Source: Planctomycetota bacterium
GTDB lineage: Bacteria > Planctomycetota > UBA1135 > UBA2386
DNA: 64,000 nt
Direction: 5' to 3'
NCBI GenBank assembly: GCA_965223545.1
Contig: OZ245006.1
Location: 5,824,001-5,888,000 of the forward strand
A program made the translations under genes and the position numbers. Below the pieces are notes generated by a model that worked only from the letters and a program-made list of their open reading frames with translations, was not told the DNA's origin and ran no database searches. Shown here piece by piece: positions 48,288 through 57,497 of this stretch (positions are counted from its first letter, which is position 1; every line of letters starts with the position of its first letter).

Positions 48288-49027
48288 CGCGGGGCCTGCT
48301 GCGGGCGGGCCCAGAGGTGGCGCAGATCGAGGCCGTAGGACAGCGCGAGCAGCGCCACCGCCAGCGCGGCTGCGGCGGTGGCCCAGGCGACCGGCAGTGG
48401 GGGCCACAGGGTGACCAGCTGCAGCACGACGACCGCGGCGCAGATGCGCTTGGCCCGCGTGTTGTCGCCGTCGATCGGCTTGGGGTCGTAGGCGAATCGA
48501 CCGCGGGCTGTCATCAGCAGCGTGAACAGGCACTTCACCGCCGCCAACAGCAGCACCCACGCCGGCGTGCGCGCGAACACCGTTGCCATCGCCGCCATCG
48601 CCAACATCGCCGCCTGGTCGGCCTCCATGTCGAGCAGTGCTCCCGCCGGGGAGCCGCCGCGGCGGCGCGCGACCCAGCCGTCGAGCAGATCGGCGGCCAG
48701 TGAGAGGGCGAGCAGCACGCACGCCGCCTTGCTGACGGTGCCGGCCTCGGCGGTCCAGAGCAGGACCGCGAGCAGCGCGGCAAAGCGCGCCAGGGTGACC
48801 CAGTCGGCGGCAGTGCGGCCGCCGCGCACGATCCAGACCAACGCGCCATAAGAAAGCAAGAGCCCCGCCGCGGTCAGCTGCAGCGTCGCGGCGGGGTAGT
48901 GCGCGCCCACCGCCGCGATCGCGGCCATCGCCGCGAGCCACAGCGCGCTCTGTGAGAGGACCCAAGCGCGCGACTGGTCGTCGGCAGCGGCCGCGCGATC
49001 GGGGGTCGGTGTGGCGTGGGTGGGCAA
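48284..49027 (-). CDS. CDP-alcohol phosphatidyltransferase family protein
   Basis: ADWVTLAR and signature DLLDGWVARR...GALLDMEAD. Confidence 0.88.
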   Translation of the reverse strand: MPTHATPTPDRAAAADDQSRAWVLSQSALWLAAMAAIAAVGAHYPAATLQLTAAGLLLSYGALVWIVRGGRTAADWVTLARFAALLAVLLWTAEAGTVSKAACVLLALSLAADLLDGWVARRRGGSPAGALLDMEADQAAMLAMAAMATVFARTPAWVLLLAAVKCLFTLLMTARGRFAYDPKPIDGDNTRAKRICAAVVVLQLVTLWPPLPVAWATAAAALAVALLALSYGLDLRHLWARPQQAPR

Positions 49028-49052
49028 GTGCTGGGACCGCTCGGTGGCTGGG

Positions 49053-49385
49053 TCAGAACGAGTGCTCGAACGGCAGCAAGGTGGCCTTGAACACCCCGGC
49101 GCGCACCGCGGGATCGGCTTCCATCACCCGCCTCGCGTCGGCCGCGTCGACCGCGCGGCTGTGCTCGACGCGTGCGTGCGGCGACAGAAAGCTGCGCAGG
49201 CCGGCGTCGGTGGTCCATGCCTTCCACACCGCGTTGCGCGCGGCGGGGACCGTCGTGGTGACGGTCAGCGGGGGGTTGGCAGTGTCGGTATGCGGCGCTT
49301 CGCCCTGCGCATGGGCATTGGCGGTGAGCAGGAGGGTCGTGGCGGCGAGCGTCGCGCGCCCGCTCAGGCGTCCAGTACCTGGCAT
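49053..49385 (-). pseudogene. Internally deleted SRPBCC-YciI fusion remnant
   Basis: Signal-like start, SRPBCC N-terminus (VWKAWTTDAGLRSF...ARVE) joined directly to a YciI-type end (ARRVMEADPAVRAGVFKATLLPF). Confidence 0.55.
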
Positions 49386-49494
49386 GTCGGCCAGAATGCC
49401 AACCCGCGCGGTTGGGCGAAAGCGGCTGGATGGCCGGGAACCGGACACTCGGGCCGGACGATCCCAGCGGCACGATCATTGCCCGGCATCCCGC

Positions 49495-51957
49495 ATGCGT
49501 GTGTCCCCGTCGTGGTGGTTTTCCTGCTTCACCCTGGCTCTCCTGCTGCCGCCGGCGGCCGCCCAGTCGGGTTGGTCCCGCGACTACGACACCCCGGGCT
49601 TCGGCGTCGGGGGGCGGGTGTTCGCCACCGGCACGTGGAACAACGAGCTGGTGGTCGGCACCTACAAGGTCGTCAATCAGGACGGGGTCACGCTGTCCCA
49701 CGTCGGCCGCTACGACGGAGTCCGCTGGCGCGCGCTCGGCGCCGGCGTCGACGGGCCAGTGCGCTGCGTGCTCGAGTTCGGTGGGGAGCTGTACATCGGT
49801 GGGGACTTCCGCGCATCGGGCCGGCGCGCGGTGCGCAGCATCGCGCGCTGGGACGGCAACGGCTTCGTCCCGGTCGGCGCGGGCCTGGACGGCACGGTGT
49901 GGGACCTGTGCGAGCACGGCGGGGCGCTGATCGCGGTGGGCTCGTTCACCAGCTCGGGTGGGGCGTCGACCGGTCAGGTGGCGCGGTTCGACGGAACCGC
50001 GTGGCAGCCGCTGGGGCGGACGACGTTCGCCGGCCTGGGCACGCCGGCGGCCTACTGCGCGGTCAGCGACGGCAACCGGCTCTTCGTCGGCGGCGCGTTC
50101 ACCGCTGTCGACGGCGTGCCGGCGAGCCATCTCGCGCAGTGGCGGTCGGGCGCTTGGAGCGGCGTCGGCGGTGGGTTCAACGCGTTCTCCTACGGGACCG
50201 TGTGGGACCTCGCGCTGCACGGCGGTCGGTTGTTCGCCGCTGGCTCGTTCGACTCCGCCGGCGGGGTGAGCGCCGACGACGTCGCGGCCTGGGACGGCCA
50301 GCGCTGGGCGTCATTGGGGCCCGGCTTGAGCAATCAGATCTACGGTTCGGATGCGCGCTCGCTGTGCGTGTTCGGCGGCGACGTGTACGTGGGCGGCAGC
50401 TTCAACGTGCTCGGCGCCTCCACCGCGGTGCACCGCATCGTGCGCTACGACGGCCAGACCCTGCGGCCGGTGGGCGGGGCGACCGACGCCGAGGTCAACC
50501 CGGCGACGATCTTCGCCATGACCGCGTGGAACAACCGCCTGTACTGCGGCGGCGAGTTCCAGGGCGTGGTGCAGCCGGGCGCATCACCGCTGCAGGCCAA
50601 CGCGGCCTATCACATCGCGTCGTTCGACGGCGTGCGCTGGAGCGCTCTGGGCCGCGGCGACCTGGGTCTCGAGGCCGACGCCACGACGCTGGGTTGGTGG
50701 CGGGGCCAGCGGCTGGTCGGTGGCTACATGAACTACGCCGGCACGGCGCGGGTTGCCGGCCTCGGCTACTTCGAAGGCGAGGACTGGCGGCAGCTCGGCG
50801 CGTTCGACGGGGTCGTGCTGCAGACGCTCGAACACCTCGGCGATCTGTGGGTCGTGGGCCAGTTCCGCAAGGTCGACGGCATCACCGTCAACGGCGTGGC
50901 GCGATACGACGGCACGCGTTGGCACTCGCTCGCCAACGGTCCCAACCTGTCCGGCTGCTCGGCGATCGCGGTGTATCGCAACGAGATCGTCGTCGGCTCG
51001 GTGAGCAATCCGCTGCGCTGGACCGGTACCGCGTGGCAAAAGCTCGGCGCGCCGATCTTCGGCACGATTCACGCACTGCAAGTGCACAACCGCCTGCTCT
51101 ACGTGGGCGGCTACACGCCGTTCACTCAGGGCTCGCCGCACCTGTTCCAGTGGGACGGCGCAGCGCTCACCGTGGTGGGTGGGGGCACCAACGGCAGCGT
51201 CGCCGCGCTCACGACGTTCGGCGGTGAGCTCGTGCTCGCCGGCAGCTTCACCCGCGCCGGCAGCGTCGCCGCCGATCACATCGCCACTTGGGATGGTCAG
51301 CGCTTCCGCGAGATCGGCGGTGGCCTGCCCGGTCCGCAGGGCTCGCGGGTCACCGCGTTGGCGACCTTCGACGGTCAGCTCGTCGCCGGTGGGGACCTGC
51401 ACATCAACGGCGCCGACTACGTCACCCGCTGGAACGGCGCGCAGTGGGAGGAGCTGCCCGGCGGCAGCCCCAACGGCTTCGTCAGCGCCCTGCTCGCCGA
51501 CGACGCCCGCGGCGAGCTGCACGTCGCCGGCTGGTTCAACCGCATCGCCGGCATGCCGTCGATGAACTACGGCGTCTGGCACCGCAGCCTGCCGTGGCGG
51601 GACATCGGCTTCGCGTTGCCCTCGCCGCGTCGCGCGCCGTTCCTCGGCGTGACCTCGACGTTCGTCGAAGGCCAACCGCTGCACTTCGATCTCTCCAGCA
51701 TGCAGGAGGGCGCGGCGTTCGCCCTGGGGCTGGGCACGCAGCGCACCGCGATCCCGTTCTTCGGCGGCACGCTGGTGTCGAGCTTCGACCTCGGCGCGGT
51801 GGTGGGCGTGGCCGACGGGATCGGCGCGTCCCACCTGGCGCTGCGCTGGCCGGCGCTGGCCTCCGGCTTCACCGCGCACGCCCAGGCGTGGTGTCTGGAC
51901 GGCTCGATGCCGGCCGGGCTGACGGCGACCAACGGCGTCACTCTCCGCCAGCCGTGA
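49495..51957 (+). CDS. Secreted beta-propeller repeat protein
   Basis: Signal peptide; many repeats of LYVGGxF...IARWDGxxWxxLGxG; C-terminal domain ends AQAW...TATNGV. Confidence 0.88.
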   Translation: MRVSPSWWFSCFTLALLLPPAAAQSGWSRDYDTPGFGVGGRVFATGTWNNELVVGTYKVVNQDGVTLSHVGRYDGVRWRALGAGVDGPVRCVLEFGGELYIGGDFRASGRRAVRSIARWDGNGFVPVGAGLDGTVWDLCEHGGALIAVGSFTSSGGASTGQVARFDGTAWQPLGRTTFAGLGTPAAYCAVSDGNRLFVGGAFTAVDGVPASHLAQWRSGAWSGVGGGFNAFSYGTVWDLALHGGRLFAAGSFDSAGGVSADDVAAWDGQRWASLGPGLSNQIYGSDARSLCVFGGDVYVGGSFNVLGASTAVHRIVRYDGQTLRPVGGATDAEVNPATIFAMTAWNNRLYCGGEFQGVVQPGASPLQANAAYHIASFDGVRWSALGRGDLGLEADATTLGWWRGQRLVGGYMNYAGTARVAGLGYFEGEDWRQLGAFDGVVLQTLEHLGDLWVVGQFRKVDGITVNGVARYDGTRWHSLANGPNLSGCSAIAVYRNEIVVGSVSNPLRWTGTAWQKLGAPIFGTIHALQVHNRLLYVGGYTPFTQGSPHLFQWDGAALTVVGGGTNGSVAALTTFGGELVLAGSFTRAGSVAADHIATWDGQRFREIGGGLPGPQGSRVTALATFDGQLVAGGDLHINGADYVTRWNGAQWEELPGGSPNGFVSALLADDARGELHVAGWFNRIAGMPSMNYGVWHRSLPWRDIGFALPSPRRAPFLGVTSTFVEGQPLHFDLSSMQEGAAFALGLGTQRTAIPFFGGTLVSSFDLGAVVGVADGIGASHLALRWPALASGFTAHAQAWCLDGSMPAGLTATNGVTLRQP

Positions 51958-52071
51958 CACCGGGCGGGGGCGGCTCCCTCTTCGATCTCTTTTGATCGCA
52001 GGCTGCGATCAAGCTCCCGCGAACCATGGATCACGCAGGATCGAGATGGGGAGGAGGTCGGATCGTAGGTC

Positions 52072-52228
52072 CCAGTGGTCTGAATGAGAAAACCGCGGCA
52101 TTCTCCGAGGCCATCCGCGGCCGTCGCGGCGTCCTCGACGTTCTACCGATATGCCTGCGGCGCGGCGCCTTGCGACGGCCTCCGCTGCCTCTCGGATAAT
52201 GCCCCAACTGTCTGACTCACACCATTAG
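52072..52228. repeat. MITE-like hairpin element, copy 2 (diverged, 9 bp shorter)
   Basis: Aligns end to end with 30003-30168 in direct orientation; ends are ccag/ttag. Confidence 0.85.
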
Positions 52229-52311
52229 TTGGTCGGCGTTGAGCAGGTCGGCGCCGGTGTATCCTGATCCATCCACGAACACCGAACCGATGCAGTCGAA
52301 GGCTTCGGCGT

Positions 52312-52638
52312 TCACGAACCTCTGCCTCCGTGGTCAAGCCGCTCACGGAAGCGCGCGATCAGGTCCATGTTCTCGTGCAGGACGGCGAGGACGAGCACGC
52401 GATCGTCGTCTTCTCGGACGAAGAAGACGTAGTGGTGTTGGCAGCGGGAGACCCGATAGTCCCCGCGGTGATCGAACACCGCCTTCTCAAGTGCGTCCTT
52501 CCTGGCGAGATCCGCGAAGTGATCTTCCAGCGCCGACAGGTAGCGAACAGCTTGGTCGACGCTCCAGGTGCGCGTCGTGTAGCGTCCGATTTCTAGCAGG
52601 TCATACTCAGCCTCGTCTTCGAGGGAGTACTCAGTCAT
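52312..52638 (-). CDS. RelE/ParE family type II toxin
   Basis: AEYDLLEIGRYT..TWSVDQAVRY, HHYVFF, VLAVLHENMD; overlaps the antitoxin stop. Confidence 0.88.
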   Translation of the reverse strand: MTEYSLEDEAEYDLLEIGRYTTRTWSVDQAVRYLSALEDHFADLARKDALEKAVFDHRGDYRVSRCQHHYVFFVREDDDRVLVLAVLHENMDLIARFRERLDHGGRGS

Positions 52639-52906
52639 TCGGCTCAGTGCCTGCGGCTTCGCGTTTGACCTGCTCCACGATGTCTCCGACGCTGCGTGAA
52701 CTGACGCCGCCGTTACGGGCATTCGCCAGGCGCTTGTCGAGTAGGGTCTCGAGCTCCGCGAGCGCGGCAGCTTCGTCTGAATCGGACTGCTGACTACCGA
52801 GCGTGCTTGCAAGCACGAACTCCTTGATGGACTTGCCCTGCAGGGCGGCCATGGCCTTGAGCCTCTGGTGCTCCTCGGCAGTGACGTCGATCGAAATGCG
52901 GCTCAT
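52631..52906 (-). CDS. Ribbon-helix-helix antitoxin
   Basis: MSRISIDVTAEEHQRLKAMAALQGKSIKEFVL; upstream of the toxin; SD AAGGAGA. Confidence 0.87.
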   Translation of the reverse strand: MSRISIDVTAEEHQRLKAMAALQGKSIKEFVLASTLGSQQSDSDEAAALAELETLLDKRLANARNGGVSSRSVGDIVEQVKREAAGTEPND

Positions 52907-52939
52907 GGTGGAGTCTCCTTACCTATCTGTCGTCCTTCC

Positions 52940-52973
52940 AGACTACCAGATCACCCACATTTTGTCAAAATGT
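52940..52973 (-). promoter_or_regulatory. Sigma-70 promoter of the TA operon with an overlapping palindromic operator
   Basis: Minus strand TTGACA (52968-52963), 17-bp spacer, TAGTCT (52945-52940) preceded by TG. Palindrome ACATTTTG-t-CAAAATGT at 52957-52973 covers the -35. Confidence 0.85.
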
Positions 52974-52987
52974 TGTGTTCCGGCGCC

Positions 52988-53510
52988 TCAGTAGCTCGCG
53001 CGGAAGGTGGGAGAGTCCTCCTGGTCGCGACTTCCGCCGGTCGTAACGGCGTGTCGTGGCGATGTTGGCGTGGTCCAGCCACTCTTGGACGAAGCCGATG
53101 TCGGCTTCTGCTCGAGGGCGTTCGTAGCCGCCGTGGCGCGCAGAGCCTGCAGGCACAGCCCGTCCACGTGGACCTTGGCCTTGGCCGCGTAGGCCTTCAC
53201 CATCCGGTAGACACCGTCGCCGCTAATCGCCTTCTCCTGCGTCCCGGTCCGGTTGTTCTGAATGGGCCGGAAGAGGGCGCCCTTGCGATCCCCACCGTGG
53301 CCTGCGGCTTCGAGATACGCGTCAATCGCCTCGGCCGCGGCTGGGTGCGCAGGCACGAACTGCGTCTTCGCGCCCTTGCCCGCCACCTTGAAGTGCAGGA
53401 CGCCGCGGCGTTTCTGCAGATTGCAAACCTTCAGCGCCGCGAGCTCTGTGCGACGCAGCGCGTGGAACAGATAGACGGCCAAGATCGCGCAGTCCCGGAT
53501 CCCACAAGAC
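52988..53510 (-). pseudogene. Tyrosine recombinase (integrase/resolvase) C-terminal remnant
   Basis: RDCAIL...LRRTEL, GKGAK, QALRATAATNAL, then in another frame VQEWLDHANIATTRRYD. N-terminus missing; frameshifts near 53109 and 53021. Confidence 0.85.
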
Positions 53511-53517
53511 AGGCTCT

Positions 53518-54315
53518 TTAGCGCCCGAGTAGTCGTTCCAGCACGCGCTTGGCGAGCGGCCGGCGGTTCTGCAGCCAGCGCCGCCAGCTGACCGACAGCT
53601 CGTCGTCGAAGACCACCGCGCCGCGCAAGAACGGGAACACCTCCCGTGGCGGCAAGAGCTGCTCGCGCCGCGCCAGCACCCACCAGGTCTGGCGCGGGTG
53701 GAACCACGGCAGCCGCACCGCAGCCAAGCCGGCCGCGCGCGCCATCTCGATCACGCTGGCGTCGCGGAACTGCACGCAGTCGGGGTAGACCCAGCCGCCG
53801 TCCTCGTAGTCGGCGTCGCCGCCGATGAAGGTCGCGACCACGCGGCCATTCTCGGTGAGCTGTTTTTGGAAGTTGTGCAACGCCACGCCGAGCAGGTCCT
53901 TGCCGGTGTGCGAGAAGATCGACTGCGCCACGATCCAGTCGAATTGGTCGCCGAACGCGTCGACCTTGAACTCCTCGTTGTGATCGAACCGCGGTTGCTT
54001 GATGCGCACTTGATCGGCGCCGACCTGCTCGGCGATCGCCTCTTCGACCAACCACTTGTTCGGCTCGACGCCGCAGTAGTGGCCCGGCTCGAGGTACGGG
54101 ATCAACAGCCGGCCGGCCCGCAGCGAACCACAGCCGAAATCGAGCAGCTTGTGGTGCGCGCGCAGCCCCAACGTGGTGAGCAGGCGGAACTGCGTCGCGC
54201 CCATGAAGTCGTAGTGATTGGGCGGACCCACGTAGGCGCGGTAGTGCGGATCGCCGGCCACGAGGTCTTTGGGATCGGAGGCCTGGGGAGGGCGCGTGGA
54301 CGAGGGTTCACTCAT
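53518..54315 (-). CDS. Class I SAM-dependent methyltransferase
   Basis: LLDFGCGSLRAGR, AQSIFSH, FHPRQTW. Confidence 0.88.
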   Translation of the reverse strand: MSEPSSTRPPQASDPKDLVAGDPHYRAYVGPPNHYDFMGATQFRLLTTLGLRAHHKLLDFGCGSLRAGRLLIPYLEPGHYCGVEPNKWLVEEAIAEQVGADQVRIKQPRFDHNEEFKVDAFGDQFDWIVAQSIFSHTGKDLLGVALHNFQKQLTENGRVVATFIGGDADYEDGGWVYPDCVQFRDASVIEMARAAGLAAVRLPWFHPRQTWWVLARREQLLPPREVFPFLRGAVVFDDELSVSWRRWLQNRRPLAKRVLERLLGR

Positions 54316-54382
54316 GGGGCTTGGGCGCGGTCGGGTGCCGTCGCAAGTCTAGCCCGGATCAGGCGCCAGGGCTCCCGCCCGC

Positions 54383-55858
54383 TCACTCGGCGCGCAGGCG
54401 GAGGTGGACCGCGACGCGGAAGGGGCGCTCGCTGCTCTCGACTTGCACGGATTGAATCTTCAGCGGCGTGCCGTCCTGGCCGCGCAGCTCGACGACCTGC
54501 TCGGGATCGAAGGCGGCGTCGACGAAGTAGGTGCCGCGGTCGCGTGGGGTCTCGCCCTTGTGCAGCGCGCGCGCCAGCTCGCCGAGCCGCAGCTGTGGAG
54601 CGCCGGGTTCGTGCGGCACGGAAGTGCCGAGGTACATGGTGCCCCAGCCGAACCCGCTGCCCACCGGGCGGCCCCAGCTGGCGCCGCGCGCTTCGCCGCG
54701 GCCGACGACCACGCCGTCGAGCACGATCTCGGTCCCGGCATCGTCGACCGAGATCGACCAGAGCCGGGCGACGCGCAGGCTGCCGAGGGCGAGCGGCACG
54801 AGGATCCACAGGCCGACGACGACGGTGAAGATCGTCACTGGCGTCAACGACCGCGCCGCGTGCCGGTCGCGCGGGTCGCGCGGTCGCACCGCGCGCCACA
54901 GCAGGTAGCCGGCACCGGTCATGGCGGCGGCGACGCCGGCGATGGCGCGCCAACCGCGCCATGCCAGGCGGCGGCGGTCGCGGGCGATCCACGGCAGGCA
55001 GAGGCAGCCGAAGACGCACCACAGCAGCGCGTTGCCGAGCCATGCGGACATGCCGAAGTGGGGCCAGAGCGTGCCCAGGTCCAGCAACGCGCCCCACGGC
55101 ACGACCACCAACAACAGCTGGGCGGCGAGCAGGACGGGCCACAGGCCGCGCGCCGGCGTGGCCCGCAGGGGCTCGAGCGGACTGCCGGCGACCACCGCGC
55201 GCCGCGGCCAGGTGAGCCGTGCGCCGGCGATGGCGAGCGTCAGGACGAGCCCCGGGTAGACCCAGGGAGGCAGCCGCCCACCCAGAGTGCCGAAGCCGGA
55301 CACCGCGACGGTGCCGACCAGGAAGCCCGGCAGGCCTGCTTGCCAAGCGGAGGTCGGGCGGTCGAACGCCGCGGCGAAGTAGGCGCTGCAGGCGAACACC
55401 AGCAGCATCCAGCCGAGGGTGACCGCGCAGGCGGTGAAGCTTGGAGTGACGTCGACGGCATTCGCGTACAGCGCGTCGTGCAGCAGCCCGACTGCGCCCG
55501 AGTAGAACCAGCCCGCGTGCAGCGCCGCGCTCGCCGCCATCGCGATCGCACCGAAAAAGACCTTGCCCCAGAACTGCTGCGCCGGCGCGACCGGCAGCAG
55601 CCGCCAGTACATCCCCTGGCTGCCGCGCAGCTCGGCGCTGAACAGGCGCGTTCCGAGGGCTGCGGCGAGCACGCCGAGCACGACGGTCATGCCCGAGTGC
55701 TCGCCGATCATGAACAGCGTGCTCGTTTCGCCATGTGGGCCGACCGAGCGATGGAAGAGCGCGGTGGAAGCCAGGCCGACGAGGTTCCAGACGACGAGGC
55801 TGGGCAGCACGAGCTGCAGCTGGGCGCGCCACCACACGGAGGAACGGAGGTGCTTCAT
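54383..55858 (-). CDS. ABC-2-type permease-like membrane protein
   Basis: Many TMs; FSAELRGSQ...LLPV...FWGK resembles the ABC-2 motif. In an operon with the ABC ATPase. Confidence 0.7.
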   Translation of the reverse strand: MKHLRSSVWWRAQLQLVLPSLVVWNLVGLASTALFHRSVGPHGETSTLFMIGEHSGMTVVLGVLAAALGTRLFSAELRGSQGMYWRLLPVAPAQQFWGKVFFGAIAMAASAALHAGWFYSGAVGLLHDALYANAVDVTPSFTACAVTLGWMLLVFACSAYFAAAFDRPTSAWQAGLPGFLVGTVAVSGFGTLGGRLPPWVYPGLVLTLAIAGARLTWPRRAVVAGSPLEPLRATPARGLWPVLLAAQLLLVVVPWGALLDLGTLWPHFGMSAWLGNALLWCVFGCLCLPWIARDRRRLAWRGWRAIAGVAAAMTGAGYLLWRAVRPRDPRDRHAARSLTPVTIFTVVVGLWILVPLALGSLRVARLWSISVDDAGTEIVLDGVVVGRGEARGASWGRPVGSGFGWGTMYLGTSVPHEPGAPQLRLGELARALHKGETPRDRGTYFVDAAFDPEQVVELRGQDGTPLKIQSVQVESSERPFRVAVHLRLRAE

Positions 55859-56574
55859 GACAATTCACCGACCTCGATCGTCGGGTAGCTCTCGGTCGCG
55901 GTCGCCGCCAACCGCGCGTGGGTCTCGTTGCGGGCGAGCTGCCAGAGCAGCAGCCAGACGGGCGAGGCCGCGGCCAACTGCCAGGGATGTGGCACCAACG
56001 CGTACTTGGCGACGCTGGGGATGCCGATTGCCGCCAAGACCGCACCGGCGCCGAACGCGCTGCCGAGGGCGGGGCGGCCGCCGACCAGCCGTTGCCGGTG
56101 CGACCACGCGCGGCTCACGGCGGTGAACACCCAGAACGCCGCCAGCGGCGCGAGCAGCGCATCGGTCCACGGCAGCATCGCGCGGTGGTGGTAGGGCTGC
56201 GGTTGCAGGGGCAGGACGGCCGCGATCCCGTGCTGCGAGAGCCAGGCCAGTCCTGAGTGCTCGTGCACGAGCAACAGCGCGGCCACCAGAGTGACGAACG
56301 CGGCGCCGGCGCGCAGCGGCGCCGCGAGGCAGACGGTGCGCGGCCGCGGCAAGGACACGAGGTACTCCATCAGCCGCTGCGGGCAACCCCGGTGCAAGAC
56401 GTGCGCGATCGCCGCTCCCAGCAGCGCCAGCTCGAGCTCCAGCAAGAGGTCGAGGCGGCCGACGCCGGCAGGGGGAGTCGTGCGCCAGTTGATGAACGAA
56501 GTCAGCAAGACGGCACCGGCGAGTGGCAGACCGGCGCCCATCAGCAGCCCGCGGAACAAGCGGCCGGCGTTCAC
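55855..56574 (-). CDS. ABC permease-like membrane protein
   Basis: TMs; MEYLVSLPRPR motif; overlaps both neighbours. Confidence 0.65.
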   Translation of the reverse strand: MNAGRLFRGLLMGAGLPLAGAVLLTSFINWRTTPPAGVGRLDLLLELELALLGAAIAHVLHRGCPQRLMEYLVSLPRPRTVCLAAPLRAGAAFVTLVAALLLVHEHSGLAWLSQHGIAAVLPLQPQPYHHRAMLPWTDALLAPLAAFWVFTAVSRAWSHRQRLVGGRPALGSAFGAGAVLAAIGIPSVAKYALVPHPWQLAAASPVWLLLWQLARNETHARLAATATESYPTIEVGELS

Positions 56575-57497
56575 GACGCCGCTCCGCGCTGCGGCGCAGC
56601 GAGCGGTGCCGGTGTGGCGTGGTCGCCGCCGGTGATCGCGAGATAGATGTCCTCGAGGCCAAGCCCCAGGATCTCGACGCCCGGATGGTCGAGGACCGCG
56701 TCCGGCACGAGGTCGAGGCGGCGCACGGTCGCGCTGCGCGTGCTGCCGCGGCTCTCGACCGCCAGCGGCCGGGCCGCTCGCCAAGTGGCTTCGGTCTCGT
56801 CCCACAGCGCGGCCGGCATGCGCACGCGCTTGACTTGTTCGTGCAGCGCATCGAGCGGTGCCGTGTCGATCAGCCGACCCTGCCGCATGAACGCGACGTG
56901 CGTCACGATGCGCTCGACGTCGGTGACGATGTGGCTGGACAGCACGAGGGTGCGCGGGCCGCCCGAGAGAAACTCGCCGAGCAGAGTCAGCAGCTGGCGG
57001 CGCGCGGCGACGTCGAGGCCGGAGGCCGGCTCGTCGAGCAGCAGCAGGTCGGCGTTCTGCGCCAGCGCCAAGGTCAGCATCAACCTCCGGTTCTGCCCCT
57101 TGGACAACGTGGAGATCCGCGCGCGCGGCGACAGCTCGAAGAGCTCGAGCAGCTGTCGCTCCCGTGTCCCGTCCCAAGCCGGATACAGACCGCGGTGAAA
57201 GCGCAGCAGCTCGTCGACGCGCAGCCAGGACGGCAGCAAAGGCTGTTCGGCGACGTAGCCGAGCCTCGCGCGCGCGGCGGGAGTCATCGACCGGCAGTCT
57301 TCGCCGAGCACCTCGGCGCGGCCCTGAGACGGCGGCGTGAACCCCATCAGCATGCGCAGGGTGGTGCTCTTGCCCGCGCCGTTGGCGCCGAGCAGGCCCC
57401 ACGCCGTGCCGGTCGGAGCCGCCCAGGACAGCTCCTCGACCACGGCGCGGCCGTCGTAGAACTTGGCGAGCGTGTGCGTGCGAATGGCGTCGGTCAT
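56571..57497 (-). CDS. ABC transporter ATP-binding protein (YtrB-like)
   Basis: Walker A GANGAGKST, LSKGQ, LLLDEP, SSH. Confidence 0.93.
   Translation of the reverse strand: MTDAIRTHTLAKFYDGRAVVEELSWAAPTGTAWGLLGANGAGKSTTLRMLMGFTPPSQGRAEVLGEDCRSMTPAARARLGYVAEQPLLPSWLRVDELLRFHRGLYPAWDGTRERQLLELFELSPRARISTLSKGQNRRLMLTLALAQNADLLLLDEPASGLDVAARRQLLTLLGEFLSGGPRTLVLSSHIVTDVERIVTHVAFMRQGRLIDTAPLDALHEQVKRVRMPAALWDETEATWRAARPLAVESRGSTRSATVRRLDLVPDAVLDHPGVEILGLGLEDIYLAITGGDHATPAPLAAPQRGAAS

Noticed and set aside
30003..52228. Composite transposon bounded by the two hairpin repeats
   Set aside because: No transposase inside, the copies are diverged, and the interior holds ordinary chromosomal genes.
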